A stretch of 32,000 nucleotides of DNA from Candidatus Nanoclepta minutus (GTDB lineage Archaea; Nanobdellota; Nanobdellia; Nanobdellales; Nanobdellaceae). Positions 17,762 to 26,041 of the stretch are shown here, piece after piece (position 1 is the stretch's first letter; each line of letters starts with the position of its first letter). The notes under the pieces are model-generated. The model had not been told where the DNA came from. It worked only from the letters and a program-made list of their open reading frames with translations, and made no database searches. The stretch is taken from contig MWMI01000003.1 in assembly GCA_003568775.1 (NCBI GenBank), positions 1 through 32,000 on the forward strand. The letters run 5' to 3'. A program made the position numbers and the translations under genes.

Positions 17762-19996
17762 ATGAGTTATGCTCCGTTTACATATAGTGTCGAGGTAGAA
17801 GATGGAGAAAAGATATTGAAGATAAATGCTATTAAATATCCTTACTTAGCTACCATAGAGGATAATCCAGATGTGATGTCTTTTGTCCTCTTAAGATTGA
17901 TAGAGGATCCAATGATAAACTCTATTGAAATAGAGCAAGAGGAGATAATATCTTACCATTTAAATGCTGTTGAGATATTGAAGGATTTTGCATCCGTTTA
18001 TGTAAAGATGAAAGGAATAACTTCAGGTTATTATCAGTTCATTACTCATTCAACTCCATTATATTTTGAATATAAAAGGGCTCTAAACTTAATAGACAAA
18101 GAATTTCTTAGAGATCCTATTAAAACTTTTGTTGAAGTAAAAAGGCTACTCAGGAGGGTAAGAGTAATAGCTAAAAGAAACGATAACTTAAAGGCATATA
18201 CAGGACCCCTAATAGGGCTATTGGAAAAGTTTATTGAAGAGTTTATGAATACAAAGGCCTATAGCTTAGTTAAAGATTTTATCATAAGATATAGAGAGGG
18301 GAGGGATATTTATAAGAGGTTATTTATTTCAGAAATAAAGCCTAAGTTTATATTCTTGAAATACTACTCGAAAGTTGAGGAAGGTTCTAATATTGTAGAG
18401 AGCTATAAGCTGGATAACGATACGGAAGTTTTAATCTTTAGGAAGGAGGATGAGATATTCTATAGATACTATATTTATCCATCGGAATATAAGTTATCTT
18501 CAGAAGAGATCTTGATATTGAATAAGGCTAGGGATATTTTGCTGAAGTACCAACCTAGTAGTTCAGATTACCTGTATATGGAGAGGTTGAGGGGTATATA
18601 TGGAAAGGTTGCAGAATCTGTATTATATAGGTTATTATCGGAAAGATCTTTGGCTACTAGCAGGATAAATCTACTGAAGGATATACTTTTAAGGTATACT
18701 TTAGGCTTTGGTGTAATAGAAAAGCTAGCTTTAGACGATAGAATTCAGGATATATATGTAAATCCACCAGCGGGTTTAGTTCCTATAACCGTTCAGCATG
18801 TAGATTATGATTTATGTGTTACAAACGTTATCCCTACGAAAAGGGAACTCGAATCATGGGCTGCAAAATTGAGGTTAATATCCGGTAGGCCATTTGACGA
18901 AGCCAATCCTGTAATCGATACGGAGATAGAAATGGATGGAATCATGCTTAGGGTTGCCGGAGTTACGAGACCACTTAGTTCCCAAGGTTTATCGTTTGTT
19001 TTTAGGAGACATAGAAGGAAACCATGGACCTTACCTTTATTCATATATAATAGGACTATATCACCATTAGGAGCAGCTTTACTTTCCTTTATGATATATC
19101 ATGGAAGAACAATGTTAATTGCGGGAACTAGAGGAAGTGGTAAGACTTCTCTTTTAGGGTCTCTATTATTGGAGTTACCAAGGAAGACGAGGATAATTAC
19201 TATTGAGGATACCTTAGAGATACCTGTCATGTATATGAAGAATCTAGGGTATGATGTACTTTCTTTAAAGGTTAAGAGTCCTTTTGCGATTCAGTCTTCA
19301 GAATTAGATGCAGAAAGTGGGGTTAGAGCATCCTTGAGGTTGGGAGATTCTGCATTAGTCTTAGGAGAGGTTAGGTCTAAGGAAGCACAGGTCTTATACG
19401 AAGCTATGAGAGTAGGTGCATTAGCAAACGCTGTATTAGGCACTATACATGCAGAAAGCCCATATGGAGTATATGATAGAGTAGTAAACGATTTGGGCAC
19501 ACCGAAAACTTCATTTAAGGCAACTGATGTAATTGTAATAGTTAATCCGATAAAGGATCCTGCAGGATTAAAGAGATATAGGAGAGTTCTAAGGATTACT
19601 GAGGTTAGAAAGCATTGGGAAAATGATCCTTTAAAGGAAAGAGGTTTTGTAGATTTAATGGTCTATGATACTGAAAAGGATGAATTGAAGTTAACGCAAG
19701 AAATAGTGAATGGAGATTCGGATACTCTAAAGTCAATAGCTTCTAGAGTTAGATTCTTTTCAAAATCTTGGGAAAGATTATGGAATACGATACTGCTTAT
19801 AGCGGATACAAAAAAGTTTTTAGTGGACTTTGCTATTAAATCAAACAATCTATCTATTTTAGAAGCAGATTTTGTAGTATTATCAAATGAAAAAGTAAAT
19901 TCATTAATTAGCGAGAGTATAGATAAATTTGGCGAAATAGAAAGAGATTATGTATTATCAAAATATGAAAAATGGTTAAGAGAAAGGGTATCTTAG
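17762..19996 (+). CDS. Type II/IV secretion-family ATPase (VirB11/FlaI/PilB-like) with extended N-terminal region
   Basis: 744 aa. It has IQDIYVNPP, Walker A GTRGSGKTS, ITIEDTLEI, Walker B/Asp box ALVLGEVRSKEA and His box GTIHA. About 320 residues precede the conserved core. Confidence 0.8.
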   Translation: MSYAPFTYSVEVEDGEKILKINAIKYPYLATIEDNPDVMSFVLLRLIEDPMINSIEIEQEEIISYHLNAVEILKDFASVYVKMKGITSGYYQFITHSTPLYFEYKRALNLIDKEFLRDPIKTFVEVKRLLRRVRVIAKRNDNLKAYTGPLIGLLEKFIEEFMNTKAYSLVKDFIIRYREGRDIYKRLFISEIKPKFIFLKYYSKVEEGSNIVESYKLDNDTEVLIFRKEDEIFYRYYIYPSEYKLSSEEILILNKARDILLKYQPSSSDYLYMERLRGIYGKVAESVLYRLLSERSLATSRINLLKDILLRYTLGFGVIEKLALDDRIQDIYVNPPAGLVPITVQHVDYDLCVTNVIPTKRELESWAAKLRLISGRPFDEANPVIDTEIEMDGIMLRVAGVTRPLSSQGLSFVFRRHRRKPWTLPLFIYNRTISPLGAALLSFMIYHGRTMLIAGTRGSGKTSLLGSLLLELPRKTRIITIEDTLEIPVMYMKNLGYDVLSLKVKSPFAIQSSELDAESGVRASLRLGDSALVLGEVRSKEAQVLYEAMRVGALANAVLGTIHAESPYGVYDRVVNDLGTPKTSFKATDVIVIVNPIKDPAGLKRYRRVLRITEVRKHWENDPLKERGFVDLMVYDTEKDELKLTQEIVNGDSDTLKSIASRVRFFSKSWERLWNTILLIADTKKFLVDFAIKSNNLSILEADFVVLSNEKVNSLISESIDKFGEIERDYVLSKYEKWLRERVS

Positions 19997-21990
19997 AGAA
20001 CTTAGAGCAGTCATCGGATATAGTTAGGGAGATAGAGCTATATAAAAAGCTTTATTTTGGTAATCTTTTATCATTTTATGAAAAATTCGTTAAATTTATA
20101 GGAAGATTGTTCTTATTAAGGAGTTCGGATATAAAAAAATTAGAAGAATTTAATAGAGTTAAGACGAACCTTAACCTAAACATAACGTATGATGAAATTT
20201 ATACTTCTCAAATATTAATTCTCATAATTTTCATCATATTTTCCCTTCCATTCATAATTATATCAGACATAATTAAATTCGCTTTGATTGTGTTTTCCGG
20301 AGTTTTTCTGTCCTATTTAATAGGAGAATATCCTTTCATCCTTTATCGATCTGTAAAAAATAAGAAAAAAGCACAGTTGATATCTCTTATTTTATTTTTA
20401 ACCTTAAAGCTTAGGGATAATCCTAACCTTGAGCAGGCATTAGTCTTTGCTATTAAATATACTCAGCTACCTTTGAAGCTAGACCTTTTAGGGATAATGA
20501 GGGATATAATCAATAAGAAGTATATTTCTGCAGCGGAAGCATTAGATTTATATGCAAAGGAATGGTCAGAGGAGGCCCCATTTTTCTTAAGCGGTATGCA
20601 GATTGTTATATCTTCCGTTTATGAACCGGATCCTATAGAGAGAGAAAGGATTCTAGATAGAGCTATTGAAGAAACTCTGGATACTTTCCTCATTTATTTG
20701 GAATCTAATATAAGAGAACTGAAGGGACCAATTGATATGATTGCAGTATTTGGAGTAACTTTTCCAACTCTTCTATTAACGATCTTTCCAATATCTGCAA
20801 TATTTTTATCTAATTTATTTTCTCCAAGCTTTCTATTTATATTAGTTGATATTATAATACCTTTACTTGTTTTTGCAATGTTGAGAGGGTTCTTAGAAGG
20901 AAAAGTACTAAACATATTTGCAACAAGCAGCATATACTATTACTTATTCATAAGGGAGAGGGAGAAAATAAGTTTGAACATTTATTCTTTAGTAATGTCT
21001 ATACTATCCTGTTTAGTGATTATGTTTTTATTATTCGAGTTCTTTTTCAACTTTTTACAGGGATTTAAACTATTGAACATAATTTTATCTGCAGTTTTTA
21101 TATTCAGTATTGGAATTGCAGTCTCTATATATTATTTTGTTTATTACTTTGCTTTTAGGGATCTGGATATTGATCTATCGAAGATAGAGGCAGATATATC
21201 TTCCTTTTCCTTTACTTTAGGGAACATTCTATTGAACAATATACCTATAGAGGATGCGATAGTTAGGATCTATCCGAGGTTTAAGAATAGACCTATAGGA
21301 AAGTTTTTAGGAGAGATATATAAGAATCTAAAGTTTGGGGTTCCTTTTTCAGTAGCAGTTTTTGATAAGAAAATAGGAGCCTTGAGGAAATATCCCTCAG
21401 CATATCTAGAAGCAACAATGGAGCTCTTATCAGAGAGCTCTTCAGTATCCCCAAAAACTGCTGGAAAAGTTGCTATATCTATTGCTAAATATTTTAGATA
21501 CTTTGATAAGGTGAGGTCTAGATTCTTAGACTTAGTTGCTGAATCTATTTCACAAGTTAAAACTCTTTCAAGGTTTGTTGGACCAGCTATTTTATCGATC
21601 GTAATTGCAGTAGCTATAATGTCAGTATATATATTATATAATCTAGGAATACTGCTACAGAACGTTAAGGCTTCTCTCGGAAGTCCAGGAGACTTTTCAG
21701 AATATGTTTCCTATACAATGATAGACATATTTGAACTTTTTAGCTCGGCCGAAAACTTAACCCCACAAAGCCTATATATTATAGTAGGAATTTTCAATAT
21801 CCTAATCTCCTATTTAGGTAGTCTTCTTGTTCAAGTTATAGAAGTAGGTGATGACAAGATAAAGAAATCAAAGAATTTAGCTAGGTATATGTTATATTCC
21901 TCAGTGATATTCTTTATATTTTCTATATTATCAACCTGGGCTTTGTGGAATATAGCATCCCCGCTAGTTTCAAGTATGCTATCCCCCTAA
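19972..21990 (+). CDS. FlaJ/TadC/PilC-type polytopic membrane platform protein
   Basis: 672 aa. It overlaps the ATPase 3' end by 25 nt. It has many TM helices and two T2SSF-like cytoplasmic modules (LEQALVFAIKYTQLPLKLDLLGIMRDI and IGKFLGEIYKNLKFGVPFSVAV). Confidence 0.55.
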   Translation: MVKRKGILENLEQSSDIVREIELYKKLYFGNLLSFYEKFVKFIGRLFLLRSSDIKKLEEFNRVKTNLNLNITYDEIYTSQILILIIFIIFSLPFIIISDIIKFALIVFSGVFLSYLIGEYPFILYRSVKNKKKAQLISLILFLTLKLRDNPNLEQALVFAIKYTQLPLKLDLLGIMRDIINKKYISAAEALDLYAKEWSEEAPFFLSGMQIVISSVYEPDPIERERILDRAIEETLDTFLIYLESNIRELKGPIDMIAVFGVTFPTLLLTIFPISAIFLSNLFSPSFLFILVDIIIPLLVFAMLRGFLEGKVLNIFATSSIYYYLFIREREKISLNIYSLVMSILSCLVIMFLLFEFFFNFLQGFKLLNIILSAVFIFSIGIAVSIYYFVYYFAFRDLDIDLSKIEADISSFSFTLGNILLNNIPIEDAIVRIYPRFKNRPIGKFLGEIYKNLKFGVPFSVAVFDKKIGALRKYPSAYLEATMELLSESSSVSPKTAGKVAISIAKYFRYFDKVRSRFLDLVAESISQVKTLSRFVGPAILSIVIAVAIMSVYILYNLGILLQNVKASLGSPGDFSEYVSYTMIDIFELFSSAENLTPQSLYIIVGIFNILISYLGSLLVQVIEVGDDKIKKSKNLARYMLYSSVIFFIFSILSTWALWNIASPLVSSMLSP

Positions 21991-22614
21991 GATAATATCG
22001 GCTGTTAGAGCCTTTATTCTGTTTTCCAATATGTCATCCATTATCCTTGGACAGGCATTTATTATCCAGAAATCTATATATGGATAGTTCCTTAGGTTAT
22101 CTAGATCTATTTTATCTCCTATAAACAGATAAATGTTCTTATCCCTGAGTTTCTCCAATAGATTCTTCAATCTGTTATAGTAATATTGACCAGGTTTTAT
22201 TGATAGTATTATTCCAACGTTATAGGAAGATTTAAGCTCTTCTAATAGGTAAAATATTATCCTTTTGTTATATTCTTCATATTTATCGATTAAACCCGAG
22301 ATAGGATCGTACACTATAACTTTTTTATCGTATTTCCTTACTATTTCTAGGGCATGAAATTTCCCATTTCCTATTAGAAGTATAGTATCTACTGGAAGGT
22401 TAGATGGTTCAACGTTGCATCCTAGAACGTAATAGGGTGGTTTTGTATAGACTTTGAACCCAATCTCTTCTAATTTATTTTTTATTTTCGTAAAGAAGTC
22501 GATATATTGGGCTAAGCAAACCATCCCAACCTCCTTTGGTATTTTTTCTATTAGCTCATTGAAGTTTTTTAGTTCAGATACCTTATATCTGGTTGGTATA
22601 AAAACAACTTCCAT
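21979..22614 (-). CDS. dph2: Diphthamide synthase Dph2-like radical-SAM enzyme, short form lacking the N-terminal domain
   Basis: VLGCN, GNGKFHAL and INACPRI match domains 2 and 3 of archaeal Dph2. The ORF-track start at 22617 is TTG, and an ATG follows at 22614. The product is about 211 aa, versus about 340 aa for typical archaeal Dph2. Confidence 0.65.
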   Translation of the reverse strand: MEVVFIPTRYKVSELKNFNELIEKIPKEVGMVCLAQYIDFFTKIKNKLEEIGFKVYTKPPYYVLGCNVEPSNLPVDTILLIGNGKFHALEIVRKYDKKVIVYDPISGLIDKYEEYNKRIIFYLLEELKSSYNVGIILSIKPGQYYYNRLKNLLEKLRDKNIYLFIGDKIDLDNLRNYPYIDFWIINACPRIMDDILENRIKALTADIILGG

Positions 22615-22653
22615 CAAAAATAAATATTATTGAATATTTATATCTTATTTATA

Positions 22654-23808
22654 ATGAAGGATGATACCATTTTGGATCCTGTAAAGACTAAGAGGTTATC
22701 AGAAAGCATGAAGGTTTTATATGGAAGATCGATTCATCTTAAAGAAGAAATAAGAGGTTTTACTCCTCCATCAAGTTTGATCACAGATTTATCGTATCCA
22801 AAGGTCTTCTTAGGTATTCTACTTTCTGAATCGGATAGGATAGAATATTACGATAATCCAATCTTCTGGGCTAAGGAAGAGAGAAGGATTGAAGATATAA
22901 TTAGGTATAGAAGCAGTCTGATAAATGCTAGGACTATATCTGATGTCTACTTGCCTAGAAAGAAAAGTAGGCTTTATGATAGTATATTGGAATCTTGCTT
23001 ATCAATAAAGAGTGTTGATCTAGAAGTTGAATTGAGAAAGGTTAGAGAAGCTAAGTTTATTCCAAGAGTCCATCCCTTTTATGGATTTATAGGTAGTTTA
23101 AGGAACCTTAAAGTTATAGAAAATCCAAAAGTTCCAAGAAAAGTTGAAGATATAAACGATCTAAAGGCTGAAGAAGCCGTATATTACATTTATAAAGAAG
23201 GATTTTCAGATTACTATATTTCAAGAATATTCTCGTTAGGTTATTTTGGATTGAACCATAATAGGAAGTTGGTACCAAGCAAATGGGCTATTACTGCTGT
23301 TCAATCCATTATTGAAAGAAATATAAGGAGGGAATACTTCCAGAGATCTAAAATAGTAGATTACATTTACATTTTTAATTATAAGTTCTATGGAAACGAT
23401 TTCTATGGGATCTTAATGCCTGGAAATGGAGAGGTAGAATTAATAGAAGCAATATTGCCAGGATCGGCTTATAGTATAAATAATAAATTGATAATAGGAA
23501 GAGATAAAGAATCGGGAGGTTATTATTCTTTAAGATTGTCCTTTGCAGAATTTGTAAAGGATACAGGTTTATTGGGAAACTTAATAGTTTTTAGGATAAT
23601 AACAGACGAATATAAAATTCCATTAGGGGTTTGGGTGGTTAGGGAAGGAGTAAAGAAGATGTTCTTTAATAATCTGGCTAGATCTTCGAATTTATATGAG
23701 GCTCTAAGTTTTATAAACTCTAAACTGATCAAATATAACTTAAGTATCTATAAGTTAATTAAGTATAGTGATTTATATAAGCAGAAAAAGATAACATCAT
23801 TTATTTAA
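22654..23808 (+). CDS. Nre-family (COG1602-like) protein, putative DNA-repair associated; lacks the usual N-terminal Cys cluster
   Basis: FTPPSSLITDLSYPKVFLG and LVPSKWAITAVQ resemble the conserved Nre_N/Nre_C motifs (sPPsvFvG..gYPkV; PTrWsITA) as I recall them. The ORF-track start at 22630 is TTG, so I prefer the ATG at 22654. Confidence 0.45.
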   Translation: MKDDTILDPVKTKRLSESMKVLYGRSIHLKEEIRGFTPPSSLITDLSYPKVFLGILLSESDRIEYYDNPIFWAKEERRIEDIIRYRSSLINARTISDVYLPRKKSRLYDSILESCLSIKSVDLEVELRKVREAKFIPRVHPFYGFIGSLRNLKVIENPKVPRKVEDINDLKAEEAVYYIYKEGFSDYYISRIFSLGYFGLNHNRKLVPSKWAITAVQSIIERNIRREYFQRSKIVDYIYIFNYKFYGNDFYGILMPGNGEVELIEAILPGSAYSINNKLIIGRDKESGGYYSLRLSFAEFVKDTGLLGNLIVFRIITDEYKIPLGVWVVREGVKKMFFNNLARSSNLYEALSFINSKLIKYNLSIYKLIKYSDLYKQKKITSFI

Positions 23809-24270
23809 AGACTTATATATTTCTGTTATTTTATCACCAAAGTAATGTACGTTCTCTATAACCTTTCCCTTTTCAATACTCCTTATTTCATTGTAATCCA
23901 TCAAAGAAACGCCTATTCCCAATATCTCGTTATCTTTCGATAATATTAGTACTATATCACCTTTTTTAATATTTTCAGAGAATTCTATTATTCCAGGCCT
24001 AAATACATCCGCACCGTTGAGTATCCTTTCCTTAGCACCATCGTTAACTATTATGTAAGGAATTTCTATATCTTTTTCTACTATTAGAAATATAGTTGGG
24101 TATAATTCATTATTTTTTTCAAATGCAATGGGTAATTTATTTGAAATATATACTTTGGCTTTTTCATCATAGATTATCTCTTCTTTCTTTAGTTCATTAA
24201 GCTCTACTTTTAATATACTCTCTAATTTATTTATTAAATTTCTTTTTTCTTTATTGCTTAAGAATTTCAT
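23797..24270 (-). CDS. PUA-domain RNA-binding protein (MCT-1/Tma20-like, COG2016-type)
   Basis: 157 aa. The C-terminal PUA signature is ILNGADVFRPGIIEFSENIKKGDIVLILSKDNEILGIGVSLM. Confidence 0.65.
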   Translation of the reverse strand: MKFLSNKEKRNLINKLESILKVELNELKKEEIIYDEKAKVYISNKLPIAFEKNNELYPTIFLIVEKDIEIPYIIVNDGAKERILNGADVFRPGIIEFSENIKKGDIVLILSKDNEILGIGVSLMDYNEIRSIEKGKVIENVHYFGDKITEIYKSLNK

Positions 24271-24303
24271 AAAATTTAATAACTTTGTTTTAAAATAAAA
24301 TTT

Positions 24304-24564
24304 ATGGCGGGTTTTGAATATAAGATGCCAAACTTATTAGAGATAGCTCTATTGATAGGGTACTTTTTTACTATACTGTTTGGATTCCTATTGTTAGTTA
24401 AGGCTATAGAGTTTCCAGTAGAAGGAATAACGCCTATTGCAGACATTCTAACAGCCCTTTATGTGTGGTTGGGAGTAATATGGCTTGGAGCATTAGTTAT
24501 ATTGTTAGAGTATACCAGGAGAGAGATTGTAGAAATTAGGGAAATTGTATCCAAGAAGAAATGA
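24304..24564 (+). CDS. Hypothetical small two-helix membrane protein
   Basis: 86 aa with two hydrophobic helices and a charged tail. It is coupled by ATGA to the next gene. Confidence 0.4.
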   Translation: MAGFEYKMPNLLEIALLIGYFFTILFGFLLLVKAIEFPVEGITPIADILTALYVWLGVIWLGALVILLEYTRREIVEIREIVSKKK

Positions 24565-24797
24565 TAGAAGCATATATATTAGTAAATGTTAAGCCAGGTA
24601 AAGAAAAGGATTTGGTGGAGAATCTGACTAAAGAGATAGGAAATAGCCTAATAAGTGCAGATATTGTATATGGAGAATATGATGTTATATTAAAGGTAAG
24701 AATAGAAAGCTTTAATGAACTTAGAAATACTGTTGTCGAAAAAATCAGAAAATTAGACTATGTAGAGAGGACTATAACACTAATAGTGGCTTCTTAA
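24561..24797 (+). CDS. Stand-alone Lrp/AsnC-type RAM (ligand-binding) domain protein
   Basis: 78 aa. The beta-alpha-beta-beta-alpha-beta pattern AYILVNVKPGKE...VYGEYDVILKV...V.RT.TLIV is typical of AsnC_trans_reg domains. It has no HTH. Confidence 0.6.
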   Translation: MIEAYILVNVKPGKEKDLVENLTKEIGNSLISADIVYGEYDVILKVRIESFNELRNTVVEKIRKLDYVERTITLIVAS

Positions 24798-25465
24798 AAC
24801 TTTGTTTTTATTTCTACTATATCCAAATCAGAAAGCTCAAATTCTAATCCTGCTTTTAAAACTTTTTGATTTCTAGTTACTTTAGCGTATTTAAAAGCTT
24901 CCATTAGTTTTTTATTTGCCTTTTCGATAAAGTCTTTTATTTTACTCCCCTTCTTTAATATAACTGCATGGTTGGAATTCCATGGAAAGACCCTAATGAG
25001 ATCCTTGTTTTCAATTATTTTTTCTAGCAATTCTTCTATTTTGGTATCTTTAAAATCATCATATTTGTTGTATATTATTAGATAGTTCCTATTCCCTTCA
25101 TCTAAAGAGAATTCAACAATTCCCCTACAGAAATCGTTTACTCTGTCTATTTGTTCTTTCAGATCCTTTCTGGTGTCTAATATCAAGATATAGAAATCTG
25201 AAGAGGATAGTATAGTTCTATAGACTCTTTTAAAAGTTGAAGGTATTTCCACAAACTGATAGTAAACTCCATTATAAAAAATAGTTCCGATAGCAGGTTC
25301 TTGCGTGGAGAAAGGAATTTCAGATACTTCTACGTTAGCATTAGTAAATTTTCTTAGAAAATAACTCTTTCCAGAATTTTCAATTCCGATTATGCTTATT
25401 AAAATATCTCCACTCTTTTCTATTAGCTTTATACTTCTTCCCGTACCCTTTCTTTCCTTTTCCAA
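24794..25465 (-). CDS. DRG/Obg-class GTP-binding protein with C-terminal TGS domain; 3' (main) part of a gene split by a frameshift
   Basis: G1 is GIENSGKS, G2 is FSTQEP, G4 is NKYD, and the TGS-like tail is KKGSKIKDFIEKANKKLMEAFKYAKV...LSDLDIVEI. The ORF-track start is a TTG. The reading frame stays open upstream to a TAA inside the A8 run. Confidence 0.7.
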   Translation of the reverse strand: MEKERKGTGRSIKLIEKSGDILISIIGIENSGKSYFLRKFTNANVEVSEIPFSTQEPAIGTIFYNGVYYQFVEIPSTFKRVYRTILSSSDFYILILDTRKDLKEQIDRVNDFCRGIVEFSLDEGNRNYLIIYNKYDDFKDTKIEELLEKIIENKDLIRVFPWNSNHAVILKKGSKIKDFIEKANKKLMEAFKYAKVTRNQKVLKAGLEFELSDLDIVEIKTKF

Positions 25466-25472
25466 TAGTTTT

Positions 25473-25643
25473 TTATATGTAGAAATTTCTTTTTTTTATC
25501 CAAGCTAATAGATTGGAAGATCCTTTATGTTTAGGAGCTGTTCTAAGCATCTCTTTTAGAGCTTCCAATTTCTCTTCTACAGTTTTTGCTTCTTCAAATT
25601 TCTTTTTTGCAGCATAGAACTCTGGTGGGGCGTTTGTTACCAT
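25473..25643 (-). CDS. DRG-type GTPase, 5' fragment (56 codons) in a different frame from the main ORF
   Basis: Own translation gives MVTNAPPEFYAAKKKFEEAKTVEEKLEALKEMLRTAPKHKGSSNLLAWIKKRNFYI*. This matches the conserved DRG N-terminus (..I..iE.Ei.rTp.NKaT..hig.LKakla). The ATG overlaps the PIN gene stop (ATGGTAA). The ORF is below the track's length cutoff. Confidence 0.65.
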   Translation of the reverse strand: MVTNAPPEFYAAKKKFEEAKTVEEKLEALKEMLRTAPKHKGSSNLLAWIKKRNFYI

Positions 25644-26041
25644 CTTATATGTAAGGATCTATTCGCATAGTATATATAAGGTATCTTTAGCCTTCTCAAT
25701 ATATACCTCAGTTGTCTGTCTAATGTACAGACGATCCACTTATCCTTTAATACAGTACTTACTATTAACCTATCAGTTTTTTCATTTAAGGAAGAATCTA
25801 GTATTCTTATATCCTTCTTTTTTATATAATCCAATACTAACTTAAATAACTTCCTTTTATTTTCACTTTTTGTAGTTTTTAGCTTATTCTCAACTTCCCA
25901 AATATTTTTTCTTAGTGTATAGAAACCTTCATACTCTATTCCCCTTTCTATTAAAAAATTCTTGAGCTCCTCAATTATATCGAACCTCTCATAGAACGGT
26001 ATAAAGAAGAAGTTTGTATCTATAAGGACTTTATACCTCAT
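25637..26041 (-). CDS. PIN-domain ribonuclease, Fcf1/Utp24-like (aIF2-gamma-linked housekeeping PIN)
   Basis: VLIDTNFF (first acidic residue) and VCTLDRQLRYILRRLKIPYIY (Fcf1-like ..aTqD..Lr..lr...gvPiiy). It is coupled by ATGA to aIF2-gamma. Confidence 0.7.
   Translation of the reverse strand: MRYKVLIDTNFFFIPFYERFDIIEELKNFLIERGIEYEGFYTLRKNIWEVENKLKTTKSENKRKLFKLVLDYIKKKDIRILDSSLNEKTDRLIVSTVLKDKWIVCTLDRQLRYILRRLKIPYIYYANRSLHIRW

Noticed and set aside
22630-22653. TTG-initiated extensions proposed by the ORF track (22630, 22617, 25465, 31955)
   Set aside because: Each has a better explanation. ATG codons follow immediately at 22654 and 22614. At 25465 the frame continues upstream into the frameshifted DRG 5' fragment. 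At 31955 the frame continues to the window edge.
25637-26041. PIN-domain gene as a VapC-type toxin of a toxin-antitoxin pair
   Set aside because: No small antitoxin ORF is adjacent. The gene is ATGA-coupled to aIF2-gamma and has the Fcf1/Utp24-like C-terminal motif, matching the conserved housekeeping PIN found next to aIF2-gamma in archaea.
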